Position numbers and translations under genes: made by a program. From positions 1 through 64,000 of the forward strand of contig CDRNVI010000066.1 of assembly GCA_977017575.1 (NCBI GenBank): a DNA stretch of 64,000 bases, read 5' to 3'. Each line of letters starts with the position of its first letter. The stretch's first letter is position 1. Positions 10,016-20,458 of this stretch are shown one piece after another. A model generated the notes under the pieces. That model searched no databases. It worked only from the letters and a program-made list of their open reading frames with translations, and had not been told where the DNA came from. This DNA is from Paramoeba atlantica (Eukaryota > Protista > Discosea).

Positions 10016-10762
10016 CCTCTTGCTCTTTATACAGTGTGTCAAGCCCAGCACGGAACAATTTGAAGGAGCCAACGCGAAGAAGATTGCGCCAGAAGCTAAA
10101 AACAACTTTAAGCGGCGAAGCTGAATGTGAAGTATTCGAGACGCTTCTGTTTTCCTTCTGTCTCTGTTAATCCTTATGCTTTTGTATCCAATTTTTTAGT
10201 TGGTTCGTTAAACGTGGAGATTTTCAACGAGGAGCGCGCAGGGGTGGCGAGTGACTACTATCAGCGCAAAAAAAAGCAACCTACATACTACGTTTCTGAG
10301 AAACGTTAAAATACTAAAATATATTTAGGGGGCAGTTAAATGTTCAGAGGGAGCAATATTTTCACAAAATATCAAGGTATATTAACGTTGACTTTGTGGA
10401 ATATCATCATAGAGAATTAAGAAGAATTGCTTACCCTATTCGCCGAGTGCTCGTAAATATAACGCGATATAGTAAATCGCGACACAATAAATGAAGAGAT
10501 GATAAATCACGGGAGAAAGTAAGAAGGGAACACAACAAAGTTCATGACGTTTGCACCATCATTCAGTTGGAAGTGCTACGGAAAATTGCGAGCTCCCAAA
10601 TATTCTTCCCCATACAGAGAGAAACATAATTTTTTCTTATGTAAAATAGGGAAAACGTGACTATAAACAAGTGAAGTTTATATACAACTGCATTTAAAAG
10701 TTTATATACAAAATGTATTATGCAGTCCAGGCCACACTGTCGGCCCCTCAGGCCACAAAGTA

Positions 10763-11514
10763 CACCGTGAGAGCTTTTGACCTAATTCCTTCGGCATTCG
10801 ACAGATCTAAAAAAAGTGGAACGTTTCCCGTATTTTTTTCACACGTGGAGCCCCCCACATGAGTAACGGGTCAAAAAAACATGAAAAAAGGCAATTTTTT
10901 GAAATATTTCGCGAAAAGTACAATTTTTAGGTGTTTTTTCCTATAAAATGGTAGCTCATCACATGCTATTTAGGAAAACCCCTGTTAAATCTACTGAGAA
11001 TCTACTGAGAAACTTATTCTAACACATTCCGGAACGAACCCCCCCAATTACGCACAAGATAGCCCGATGCGAACTCTCTGAACGTCTTAAAATCATTCGT
11101 CAGACCAAAAAAAATCAGTTAAAGAAATTAACTGGTTAATTTCTTTAACCTTTGGTTAAAGTTCTTTAACCTTTGGTTAACGGTCATTAAAAAAGCTTTT
11201 GTGATGATTAAGCGCAGTCCCCGTCAGGCTCTGAATTGTATGACTTCAATGACCAAACGCATGTACATGTAAATTATGCAGCGTGTAAAGGGGAACCATA
11301 CAAGGTACATGTATTGGTTTGTCCCTTCAAATAAGTATTTTTTGTGATATTTTTCATTTTGTTTGTCAAAAAAGACTTTTTAAGGGAAAAATCAACTTTG
11401 GGGGTGCACACAGGGGGTCTAGGGGTCTCCGCGGATGAAAAAAATACGGAAAACGTTTTACTTTTTCGAGATCTGTCGAATGCCGAAGGAAATAGGTCAA
11501 AAGCTATGTCGGTG
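10763..11514. mobile_element. Inner element with ~94-bp TIRs (CACCG...GCTTTTGACCTA.TTCCTTCGGCATTCGACAGATCT...)
   Basis: 10763-10856 versus RC of 11422-11514. Confidence 0.85.
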
Positions 11515-11606
11515 TGCTAGCTCCTCCGTTAAATAGCGGTGGCTGTTGGTAAACGGGCTTCGCAAATTGCTTCCCACTAACGACGCCGCGTATGGCTGAA
11601 AATATA

Positions 11607-11699
11607 ACCGCCGGGAGTCGAACCTGCGACTACCAGATTATGAACGGCAGGTCTTGCCAAATGGATTACCTGGGTTCGAGTCCCGCAACCTACGTTTTT
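11607..11699 (-). ncRNA. tRNA(Met)-like relic with two oppositely oriented B-box/T-arm motifs; not a foldable tRNA
   Basis: Minus strand reads taatccatttggcaagac-ctgccgttCATaatctgg-tagtc-gcaggttcgactccc. Plus strand has gggttcgagtccc (11672-11684) followed by TTTTT. Acceptor and anticodon stems do not pair. Confidence 0.35.
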
Positions 11700-12041
11700 G
11701 AGCACCGTGATTTGTGCCTAAATCGAGGATGGAGGGGGGCTGGACCCCCTTTTCTCACCCTGCTGGATCCACCCTGCCCCGGACACCATAAAGAAGGGAG
11801 AGGCGGAGGTTGTATACAACCCCCGCAAACACGGTGTACTCCGTGGCCTGGGGGGCAAACAGTGTGGCCTGGACTGTACCCCCCTACTTATCTGTCACTA
11901 CTTTTCGCGAAAAGACGACAGATACATGTAAATAGGGGGGATAGGGGTGCGTCAGATATCTAGGCGGATCAGTGTGCGACAGATAACTAGGGAGGGGGTA
12001 TGTCACAAAAAAAGTCAGAACATGGAATTACAGAAACGATT

Positions 12042-12297
12042 TAAACCCCATTCCGGGTTAATGTACCTCGCTATTGTACCGGGGGGTACAATAACTGGGA
12101 ACGCTTGGTTTTATTGTACCCCCCCCTGCGCAAAAGAGGGCGCCGCGAAGCGGCGCCATTTTTTTCGCCTTTTTACAGATTTTCATTTTCATTTTGATTA
12201 CAAATTTACCATTTCTACCAGCGAAGACATGAAAATAGAGAAGTATCTGTATGTAGTTATTATACCGGGGGGGATACATTAACCCGGACGGGGTTTA
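12042..12297. repeat. Small inverted-repeat element, 14-bp perfect core TCCGGGTTAATGTA / TACATTAACCCGGA
   Basis: 12052-12065 and 12275-12288, extendable by AAACCCC/GGGGTTT. The interior holds gtacc(c/g)-run motifs and a GCGAAGC hairpin. Confidence 0.75.
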
Positions 12298-12390
12298 TAA
12301 TGGCACCACGAACGACCATTCGCTTTAAACACAAAAAGAAAAAATGTAAGTTTCATTTTATGATTTTTAAAAAAAAAACTATTCTTTATA

Positions 12391-12481
12391 CTCTTCGTTA
12401 AACGCGATGGTTGTTTTCAACTTAGAAGTCACTCATGCTGCGCGCTTCGCGTTGAAAACTCCCACGGCGTTTAACGAAGAG
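12391..12481. repeat. Hairpin with 31-bp arms (27/31 paired) and 29-nt loop
   Basis: ctcttcgttaaacgcgatggttgttttcaac ... gttgaaaactcccacggcgtttaacgaagag. Confidence 0.85.
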
Positions 12482-12671
12482 CCTAAAAAAGAAAAATCGC
12501 AAAAAAATGATCATGAATAACTATTTTTTTGGGTCAAAAAGCCCCTCCTCCTTTTAGGCGAAAATTGCGAAAGTTTACTCCAAATTTGGGCCGTTTTTGA
12601 TGCCTTACCAATAGGGGTATGAGGCGAATCTGACGAAAAAAACTCTGGTAGCTGGAAAAAAACTGGTAGCT

Positions 12672-12850
12672 GAGGTCCAAAACTCTCAAAATACGTTTTA
12701 GGAGTCGATTTTGGAAAAATATTATTTTTACTTTTTTTTGGGTCCAAAAAAAGTTTTTTGTTCACCTCAAAAATTTCGGAAATTTTGACGTTGTCGGACC
12801 CTTCCTACGCGTACCAGGGGGGGTACCCCCAGGTGGGGTGGTGGAAAATC
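12672..12850. repeat. Dispersed repeat homologous to the interior of the hAT element (5412-5580)
   Basis: ggtcc.aaactctcaaaa.acg...taggagt.gattt.ggaaaaata and the GC-rich ggggtaccc block are shared in direct orientation. Confidence 0.75.
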
Positions 12851-13470
12851 ATAGCCGCGGCATACTCTAACACTTCCCTGCGCTCGATTTTGAAAAGCAA
12901 AAAATTCGAAAAAATTAATAATTAATGGCAGGGAGAGTACATAGTTTTCGACAAAAAAACGCGATTTTCAGGCCAAAATGTGAAATTTTAACCCGAATTT
13001 GGTCCGTTTTTGAAACCTTACCAGTAGTATTTTAGTTTTTTTAAGCTTTAACGGACGTTTTTTTAAGACACAAATTTTTTGTAAGAAAATCCTGCGTGCA
13101 TGAAAATAAGTTGATAATATTTATTATCAACGTATTTAATAGTGCCATTGTGTTGTGTGCAGCAAGGTTCTGGTGAAAACAGTTGTGCAATTCACGTGAT
13201 AAATAATATGTATCGCACCTTATTTGAAAACCTTATTTGAAAACCGTGATATTGACATTCTTTCCCGTCGTAACCTTTGTGAAAATTGGAGTCCGATAGC
13301 TCCCTATGTTCTACTTTAACCCATATAATATATGGGAGAGACATGTATGAGTTTACAAAGGAAAAACAATGAGAAAATTATAGACTGACGGAAAAACACC
13401 TAGGTAAACCTACATGTATTAATTATGTATGTATTTATTATGTGGTTATCGAATGTATTAATATTTTTAA

Positions 13471-14344
13471 TTAGCGGACACCCGCCTTCCTCCACTCTTT
13501 TACCGCGGAGGATAGTATCGCGGCGTTGCCTTTTTGAACAGCCACATTAATGGCTTGTAGTGCATGACGCAGGAAACCTTTCCTGTCATACGTATACCTT
13601 GCGATCTCCTTTAGGAGGAGTACGGTGTGCTTCCCTGCCACACCAAAAACGGTAAATGCAAGGGGGTAGAAATGCATACCCCTTTTCGTGGCCATGTCAC
13701 TGTGCGCTTTTACTTTCAAGCTTTTCACCCTTTCTAGAGTGTTGCCAGGCGCTACCCATTCGGCCTTAACATAAGAAGGGGCAAGGGGGTTAGCGACGGT
13801 CACGTCCACCAGACATATCTTCCCTCCCAGCATAAAGCAGACGTCGGGGCCCTGACCAGCAGAGAATCGGGGTTCATGATTGTCAGGAGTGAATCCGTAC
13901 TGTCGTAGCAAGTGCACGAAGGCATTCTTAACAAGTTTGTGGCGAGTGGCCGCAGTGTCGCCTTTTGAATACAAAAAACGTTGCTAAATATAATGTGTAT
14001 TCTTAGTCTCTGGTTAGCGGCATCTTTTAAGAAGGATGCAGATCCCTGACGATGATCCATTTCCTTAAAGCACAATTTCGAAGTACTGTCAGCATTCTTG
14101 CAATCACACAAGACGAAATAAAATAAAAGGATAGATCTCCAAATTTAAGTGGGTGCTCAACGTTCCCAGACTGAACATTCTTCGCATTGCTTGAAATATC
14201 CGTGACCTGTCTCATTGTGGTCAAGCTTAATTGGCTTGGTCCATCAGCCACCCGCTGATTAACAGCATCGCATAGTTCGTTGCTAATACGACGCGCTGCT
14301 CGCTTCCGAGACCTTGGAGTAATATCTGACTCTTCCATGGTCAT
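13471..14344 (-). mobile_element. 3' fragment of a CRE/SLACS/CZAR-like non-LTR retrotransposon; REL endonuclease ORF 13471-13974 is open, upstream part frameshifted
   Basis: RH..V, PDV, DVTVANP..PSY, K.K, FYPLAFTVFG..G and AVQKGNA form the restriction-like endonuclease C-terminus typical of CRE-clade elements. No RT domain lies in the window. Confidence 0.8.
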
Positions 14345-14440
14345 ATCAGGATACTAACTTGATTAACGAACAGTTTAAAGTAACTAACACTTATGACTTT
14401 GATTAAAAGTACACGAGCGTGGGAAAAAGTATGGGGAATA

Positions 14441-15483
14441 CTCCCCCTTTCATAATTCTTTATAAGTTCGAGCCCAAAATGATTCATGGTTCTATATAAA
14501 TTTATATACAACTTTAAAACGCCTGAAAAACGCCAAACGATCAGTGGAAAAAACGGAGCTCGCGGCGCTGCGCGCCGAGTATTTCTCATTCTGATTCGCG
14601 TATCAAATGTATATTTTGAATTTCCTTTTTTAGACATTAAGCAGTTTAATACTTTTAGAAACTTCTCTTTCGTTTCTTTGTTTCGGTCCTCTTTTTTTGT
14701 CAAATTCATCAATGTGGTCAAATGTGTGTGACTTTACATATCAAATTCGGTCACCTATTCATGCAAACACACCATGAGAGCGCATAAGAACTAGTAGAAA
14801 TAATGATCATAATTTATATAAATATTTTTATAAGTAAACCCACCTCGGTACCAAACACTTATAAAGCTTTATAGTCTGCGTCATATTGATCCCCCCTCTC
14901 TGGAAATTTTAGTTTTTTTATCCGATTTTGCTCATCTATGCAGCATTCGAGAGATCTCATTCCCATAGGAAAGTACTTTGCCACTGTTTTTACCTTTTAG
15001 CCAGACGCCTCGAAATAGTGGAAAACTACACGTTTTTTTACTAAAATCTTGAATAAATTTAAAAATTGCTTATTTTTTCATTACTTTTTCTTCTTCCAGC
15101 ACCCCGAAGAGGCCGAAACGGCACGTATCCTCGTCTGAATCCCTTAAAAATACCTTTAGTTACATGAAAAATACGAATTCCTCGAAAAAACGCTTTGTAG
15201 CAAAGCGGCGATCACACATGATTTTTGTCATTTTCCTAACTTTTTCTGTTTTTTCCTAACTTTGGGATTCTCTCCAGGAGGCACTCCCCCTCCTTACGTT
15301 TATTGCGGCAAAATACTTTCCTACCGGAACGAGATCTCTCGAATGCTGCAAAGATGAGCAAAATCAGATAAAAAAACTAAAATTTCCTGAGGGGGGGATC
15401 AATATGACGCGGACAGTATAATATAAATATAAATCGCCGAAACACTTATAGTTTATATTTATAAAGAATTATGAAAGGGGGAG
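14441..15483. mobile_element. Stowaway-like Tc1/mariner MITE, perfect 25-bp TIR CTCCCCCTTTCATAATTCTTTATAA, TA TSD on both sides
   Basis: TA at 14439-14440 and 15484-15485; TIRs at 14441-14465 and 15459-15483. Confidence 0.92.
14874..15416. mobile_element. Nested MITE with ~110-bp TIRs, right end GACGCGGACAG|TA
   Basis: 14874-14985 versus RC of 15307-15416 (gcgtcatattgatcccccc...gcagcattcgagagatctc...ggaaagta.tttgcc). Confidence 0.9.
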
Positions 15484-15688
15484 TAGTAAGAAGTTGGATA
15501 AAAGGTACGAACGCCTTTATGTAGGTCCCAGAGGCACAATAACATCGTATTTTGCACCACAAGAAAGCAGAAACCCTGTATTAGTACCGAAACTTTTTTC
15601 GGTAAAAAAGCCCCCTGTATCACTTAGAACACAATTAGATAGGATAATGTAAGACTTTTTAGAAGTCACTCTGTAAACTAAAATATGT

Positions 15689-15728
15689 GGTAATAGGAGG
15701 TAATCGGAGGTAATTACCTCCTATTACC
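15689..15728. repeat. Perfect 16-bp stem hairpin
   Basis: ggtaataggaggtaat-cggaggta-attacctcctattacc. Confidence 0.85.
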
Positions 15729-16380
15729 GTCCAGGGTATGATATATGTAACGTAATTAATATTTTAACCCGATAAAATATGTGTAAATTACTCTCTGGGC
15801 TTCTTTTAACCCGTAGGCGCATGCCTTCAGCTTGTAGTACCCCATTGGGGTAGAAAGGAATCTTCCTAGGCAATAAAGATACCGCTTCTGTAACATTTCG
15901 TTCCCTCGCTTTTTTTGGCGACGGACCCCCCTAGTTATCTGTCGCACCCCTACCCCCCCCCCCTGGTTATCAGTCACCTTTTCTCGAAAAGTAGCGACAG
16001 ATAACTAGGGGGGGTACAGTATATACAAAGTTTATTTAACAAATGAAGTTTACATTATAAAATTATTGTACTTACTGTATCCCCGTAGTTGTCTGTCATT
16101 ACTTTTAGGAAAAGATGTCTCCTCTTTCAGTCTTGACGGATCATTTCATGCTATCTATCCTCTCCAACAAGGCCGAAGCCACGAATTTGTGGGTTTCCAT
16201 ATGGTTTCGGTATTTTCGGAGCGTACTACCTTATTCGCGATTCGAATCACTACATCTATGAGCAGCTCTGCTGCGAGCAGACCCGGAACTTCTCCTCTCT
16301 CTACGGCTGCCGGAGAGAAGCAATCCGAAGGAGTACTGCGTGCGGGACTCCGACCGGAGCAATCATTTTATTGCTTGCTG

Positions 16381-16668
16381 CTACTCCTTTGCGTCGAACA
16401 TATCACATTTATAAGCCCGTAGAACAGATTGACCAAAGGCTAGCAATAAGCTATCCCCTTGAACCTCTTTTACTAAGCGTTCTTCCTCTTCTTCATTGAT
16501 ACAAGATAACGGAATTTCTGCTTGCGGTATCACATGGGTTGTAGCGGATACTGTCTCTGTGGTCATATAAATTTTTTTGGTATCGGGCTCAAAGCTATCC
16601 TCCTTGTGTCTACCAGAATATTTTGTGGAGGATAGATGCAATTGATCATCGGATTCTCCTCTATTCAT
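16381..16668 (-). CDS. Hypothetical protein (95 aa), possibly truncated
   Basis: ATG ORF on the cluster strand. Coding-like sequence continues after the stop toward the TE island. Confidence 0.45.
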   Translation of the reverse strand: MNRGESDDQLHLSSTKYSGRHKEDSFEPDTKKIYMTTETVSATTHVIPQAEIPLSCINEEEEERLVKEVQGDSLLLAFGQSVLRAYKCDMFDAKE

Positions 16669-16908
16669 AGCTCACTTTAAAATCATAGAGAAAATCATAT
16701 TAGCAAAAGATAAAAAAGATTTAAAAATGGTACTTGGGACCTCAAAAATGATCTGAATCAGTAAATGGTAGTACAATGCACTATGATGTTTACATCTAAA
16801 CTACATGTACATGTAAATACGTGGTTCTGCAACACAAAATGCGTAAAATTTCCGGATTGAAGTATAGTGATCGCGGCTTTGAAGGGCAAACGATTGGCAT
16901 GCAATCAA

Positions 16909-19900
16909 TTATGAATTAAACAAATCAACGTAACGATTGACTAAGTTGTGAGCGGAATGTGTAGAGTCTGAAGGCGCATCAATTGCGATTGGATTAATAA
17001 GATAAGAAAGTTGTGCTTCGGATTGAGCAGCGCTTTGGAATGCAGAATAATCCTGAGGCTGAGTAATTTGCAAGTTAGAATGTAAGGATATTTCTGGAGT
17101 GGATGTAATTGATACTGTTTCGGGAAGAGGGGGGCCAGCGCGCGCTCGACGTTCTTGTTCAATCTCCTGTGCAGTAGATTGATACCCTTTTAATTCCCAT
17201 TGCCCAGTCAAAGCGTTATATACCGGTTTCTCATTGTCTTCTGGAAGGAACACTTCCTTGGGACCTTCTTCCGTTCGGTTGCCCTTGAACGGCCACCATG
17301 ACCTTCCGCCAGAAGTCGGAATTTTGAATGTATCCTTCTGTTCACTTTCATGTATTTCTGACATTTTCTTTTCCGATAATCTCGAGACAGATCTTAAATT
17401 AGGCTGTAAAGTTCGAATTGATTCAGAAAATTCTCTGTGTGAGTCTTTTCTTCCCCATAGCCAGCGAGAAATTACATTTCCTTTAGAAATATGCCCCGTA
17501 CCTTGTATTGTGTCAAGTAGCTGTATTTGTTCCTGTACAAGGTAAGATAAATTCTGCTGACATCTTCGTAAATCGCCAGCGAAAGATATTTCTTTTTGAA
17601 GTTGGATTAAAATCTTCCGCCCTTGAGTAGTAAAACCGCATTCATTAAGAATAATAGCATGTGCAAACCTGAATGACGAATAGCTGTGATGCGATTCAGC
17701 GCGTGGCGTTGCTACTCTTGATTTATTCAACGTGGCATCTCTTAGACGTAAAAATTGGAATAGTTCGGTTTGAAAAAAACTTCTTTCGTTCAAGTACGAG
17801 GAACGCCACATGTTTGGCTTTTGAGTCCCGCCCCAGAGTGCAATCTTTCGCAATGGATAATTCGGTTCGTCTAGTTTGTGTGCCAGCAAATAGCAGATTT
17901 GAGCTTCTTCTGCTTTATCATGCAACTGCAGTGCGTCAGACCATCTCACAAGTGCCGTTGAAACGCATGATCTTTGCGACATATTAACTAGCAATATACG
18001 AATATGATCCTCCCATCTTTCAATAGATGGGGCTGAAATATCGGGCGATAGCGCGTTACCCTCCAGAAGCAGCGTGGTAAGAGGAGAACTTGTAGCAAGT
18101 GTAGCCTCAACAAAGGAAGATATGACTCTTTTGTAAGCGTCCCGGTCGCAAAGCGTTGCAATCAAAAGTGCAATGGCCCAGTTTCGCCCGGATAACGCCG
18201 CTTCAATCGCTTCTTGACGCTTTCCTTGTAAAAGGTAGGGCGTAATTTCCTTATCAAGATCTGAGTTATGGTTTTTCATACTCTCTCGAAATTCATTTTC
18301 ATGATCGGTGAATGCATTCTTCCCAAAAATTTCATCAAAAGATCTGTGCTGGTTTTCAGCAGACCAATCCAGGGGTTGATCTAAGTTCGCCAATAAATAA
18401 CGCTGTAGTGGCCCGTAAGACGGGAAAATTAAGCGAAGATATTGTATTATATCATCTGTCTTAGCTGCGTTATTTAACGGCCCGGGATATTGATCAAGAT
18501 TCTTAATATATTTTCCTCCTAAAGGAGTCGCACGGTTTTCTGCGAGGAGATTACGGATTTCTTTTACCTGTAGACGTTTGTTCACGGTATCCTGAATAAG
18601 GATGTGTCCAAACGGGAGAAAACGTACTTTGGGACTCTTCATTTTTTCATCCACCCAAAAACGTAACAATGAAGCTCTCGAGGTTTTTGCAATTTCCGAT
18701 TCTTGACAAATATTTTGTGGGGCGTGCCGCTCCACGGAAGGAAGGCTTGTTCTCTCTAAAGTAATTTCTGCAGTTGAGTTTGTTTGACTTAGAGATGCAA
18801 TCTCTTGATCAAATGATTTTGAATTTAATCGATTGGCGCATGTATTTCTGGAAAAGCCTTTGGATGGAGGTTGACTCAGTCGTCTCATCAATTCTTCTCT
18901 TAGAAAATAGGCCCGTTCGTACGGCATTGATACAGGAATTCCTCCTGACAAAAGTACTTGTACTGTTGACAAATCAGAAAGTTCAAAACAGACGTCGTCT
19001 TGCTGCAGAAATATTTGTGGAGAGCTTTGCAACTGTATCGCAGCAGATTCTTGAATATGCTCCGAAAGATGTGCTTTAGGTATGTCTTTCACACGAGTTG
19101 TGGGGTTTGTTGAAATTAGTTCTATAGTTGCTTCCTTAGCGCAGGAATTACCAGCGCATGATTCTCTATGATGACGGTTTCCCACTTCTTGTGCTATTTC
19201 GGGTGCCTGTGTCATGTCCGGATATACGTGTCGTGTTGGCTTCAGATTTCTACTGTCAACGTACTTAACAGCTTCTGTTGTTGTCGGAGAACAACGAATT
19301 GACGTTTCTCTACCGACAATACCTACCGATAGATCTGTTGATGCAATGCTCAGCGTTGATGGCACCGTGGCTTCAACTTCTTTTGAATTGTCGTGAATAA
19401 GAGGAATTCGTTCCGATATTTTGTTTTCTTCGTCCGTTGGATGTTCCATTTTCGAATTGTGGATGAGATGGCAATTACTTGCATCTAGAGCCGAATTTTG
19501 TAACGACGAGGACGTTGCAAAAGGTTGGATATTTGAAGCGCTAGGTTGAACACAGATGTCTCTTTTTGGATTATCCTCACCTGCTTTGGACTTCAGTGAT
19601 ATGTCTTCCTCAGGGTGTGTAGGATAAGCGAGTATTTCTTCTTTGATACAGCATTCGCCCGCATTGATATCAACATTTCTAGACAGCTCTTCTGTGCAAA
19701 AGCTGGCTTCCCGTAAACCCAAAAGATTAGATGACTTGCGGGGAATGTCAAAAAGTTCATCAATTTCAGATCTAGGATGCGATTTTTGAGGTGTCAAAAC
19801 CGCTTCTTGTGGAGACTTCTGCCTCATTGTGGAGCATGACACGTCAGTGCTCCACTGAAATATTCTCTGCGTTGAATAGGATGCCTTTCCAGGAACTGGT

Positions 19901-20241
19901 AAGGGAGAGAAGGCTGACTCTGAAGACATTTTGGAAGGCTCCATTTCCTGAGCTTCTAGGTCTATTGTACCCCATCCTGATACAGATTCATCGATAACGG
20001 TTTGAGGCCTTATTTCATCATTGCTATTGCTGCTCTGAATAATCAACTCGTCACCTAAAATCGAGCACTGTGATGCGAGATTCTCGTTGCTACTCAGGGC
20101 ACTGCGTTGCGAAGTCAGCGAACATGAACGCGTAGGAATTTGCGTAGTGGACAGCACACTTGTTACATGGTTAAGCGTGTTCGTCGCCATGTGATCGTCG
20201 TACACACTGCAGAGACTCTGCGAACTATGACTACTCCGCAT
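16909..20241 (-). CDS. SEC16: COPII coat assembly protein Sec16-like
   Basis: Long S/T-rich disordered N-terminus, then central helical domain (LLQGKRQEAIEAALSGRNWAIALLIA...V...F; AQICYLLA) and a C-terminal helical motif. Confidence 0.8.
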   Translation of the reverse strand: MRSSHSSQSLCSVYDDHMATNTLNHVTSVLSTTQIPTRSCSLTSQRSALSSNENLASQCSILGDELIIQSSNSNDEIRPQTVIDESVSGWGTIDLEAQEMEPSKMSSESAFSPLPVPGKASYSTQRIFQWSTDVSCSTMRQKSPQEAVLTPQKSHPRSEIDELFDIPRKSSNLLGLREASFCTEELSRNVDINAGECCIKEEILAYPTHPEEDISLKSKAGEDNPKRDICVQPSASNIQPFATSSSLQNSALDASNCHLIHNSKMEHPTDEENKISERIPLIHDNSKEVEATVPSTLSIASTDLSVGIVGRETSIRCSPTTTEAVKYVDSRNLKPTRHVYPDMTQAPEIAQEVGNRHHRESCAGNSCAKEATIELISTNPTTRVKDIPKAHLSEHIQESAAIQLQSSPQIFLQQDDVCFELSDLSTVQVLLSGGIPVSMPYERAYFLREELMRRLSQPPSKGFSRNTCANRLNSKSFDQEIASLSQTNSTAEITLERTSLPSVERHAPQNICQESEIAKTSRASLLRFWVDEKMKSPKVRFLPFGHILIQDTVNKRLQVKEIRNLLAENRATPLGGKYIKNLDQYPGPLNNAAKTDDIIQYLRLIFPSYGPLQRYLLANLDQPLDWSAENQHRSFDEIFGKNAFTDHENEFRESMKNHNSDLDKEITPYLLQGKRQEAIEAALSGRNWAIALLIATLCDRDAYKRVISSFVEATLATSSPLTTLLLEGNALSPDISAPSIERWEDHIRILLVNMSQRSCVSTALVRWSDALQLHDKAEEAQICYLLAHKLDEPNYPLRKIALWGGTQKPNMWRSSYLNERSFFQTELFQFLRLRDATLNKSRVATPRAESHHSYSSFRFAHAIILNECGFTTQGRKILIQLQKEISFAGDLRRCQQNLSYLVQEQIQLLDTIQGTGHISKGNVISRWLWGRKDSHREFSESIRTLQPNLRSVSRLSEKKMSEIHESEQKDTFKIPTSGGRSWWPFKGNRTEEGPKEVFLPEDNEKPVYNALTGQWELKGYQSTAQEIEQERRARAGPPLPETVSITSTPEISLHSNLQITQPQDYSAFQSAAQSEAQLSYLINPIAIDAPSDSTHSAHNLVNRYVDLFNS

Positions 20242-20458
20242 TAAAGAGTGCTATGTATACCATACTTAATAGATTTAATCCTCTTTAGCACAAGCTTAAA
20301 TGAAATAACATTTATGAAGCAATACATACTGTATTAATTTAATGACATAGAGTGAAGAATAAATTGGCGGAAGTACCGTTACTCCCCACAAGGCACAGTT
20401 GAAGAATAAATTGAAGAGTGATACTAAATGAACATTAGAAGTAGCTTACAAGAGCATT

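Larger units (their letters stand above)
10723..11876. mobile_element. Tc1/mariner-type non-autonomous element, ~47-bp TIR CAGTCCAGGCCACACTGT...
   Basis: 10723-10769 versus RC of 11830-11876. The right flank is TA and the left flank is TG. Confidence 0.8.
11874..16019. mobile_element. Pair of long (~150-170 bp) inverted repeats, terminus CTGTACCCCCCTA(C/G)TTATCTGTC, possibly bounding a 4.1-kb composite element
   Basis: 11874-12040 aligns with RC of 15875-16019; the right end reads GGGGTACAG|TA. The same end recurs at 50153-50175. Confidence 0.7.

Noticed and set aside
11607-11693. Functional tRNA gene
   Set aside because: Acceptor, anticodon and T stems fail to pair on either strand; kept only as a relic.
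12052-12288. piggyBac element (TTAA next to CCC/GGG)
   Set aside because: TTAA lies inside the repeats and CCC/GGG face outward, the reverse of piggyBac geometry.
13300-13470. Spliced-leader RNA target next to the CRE-like fragment
   Set aside because: No AACTAACGCT or CAGTTTCTGTA-like exon sequence found at either flank or elsewhere by eye.
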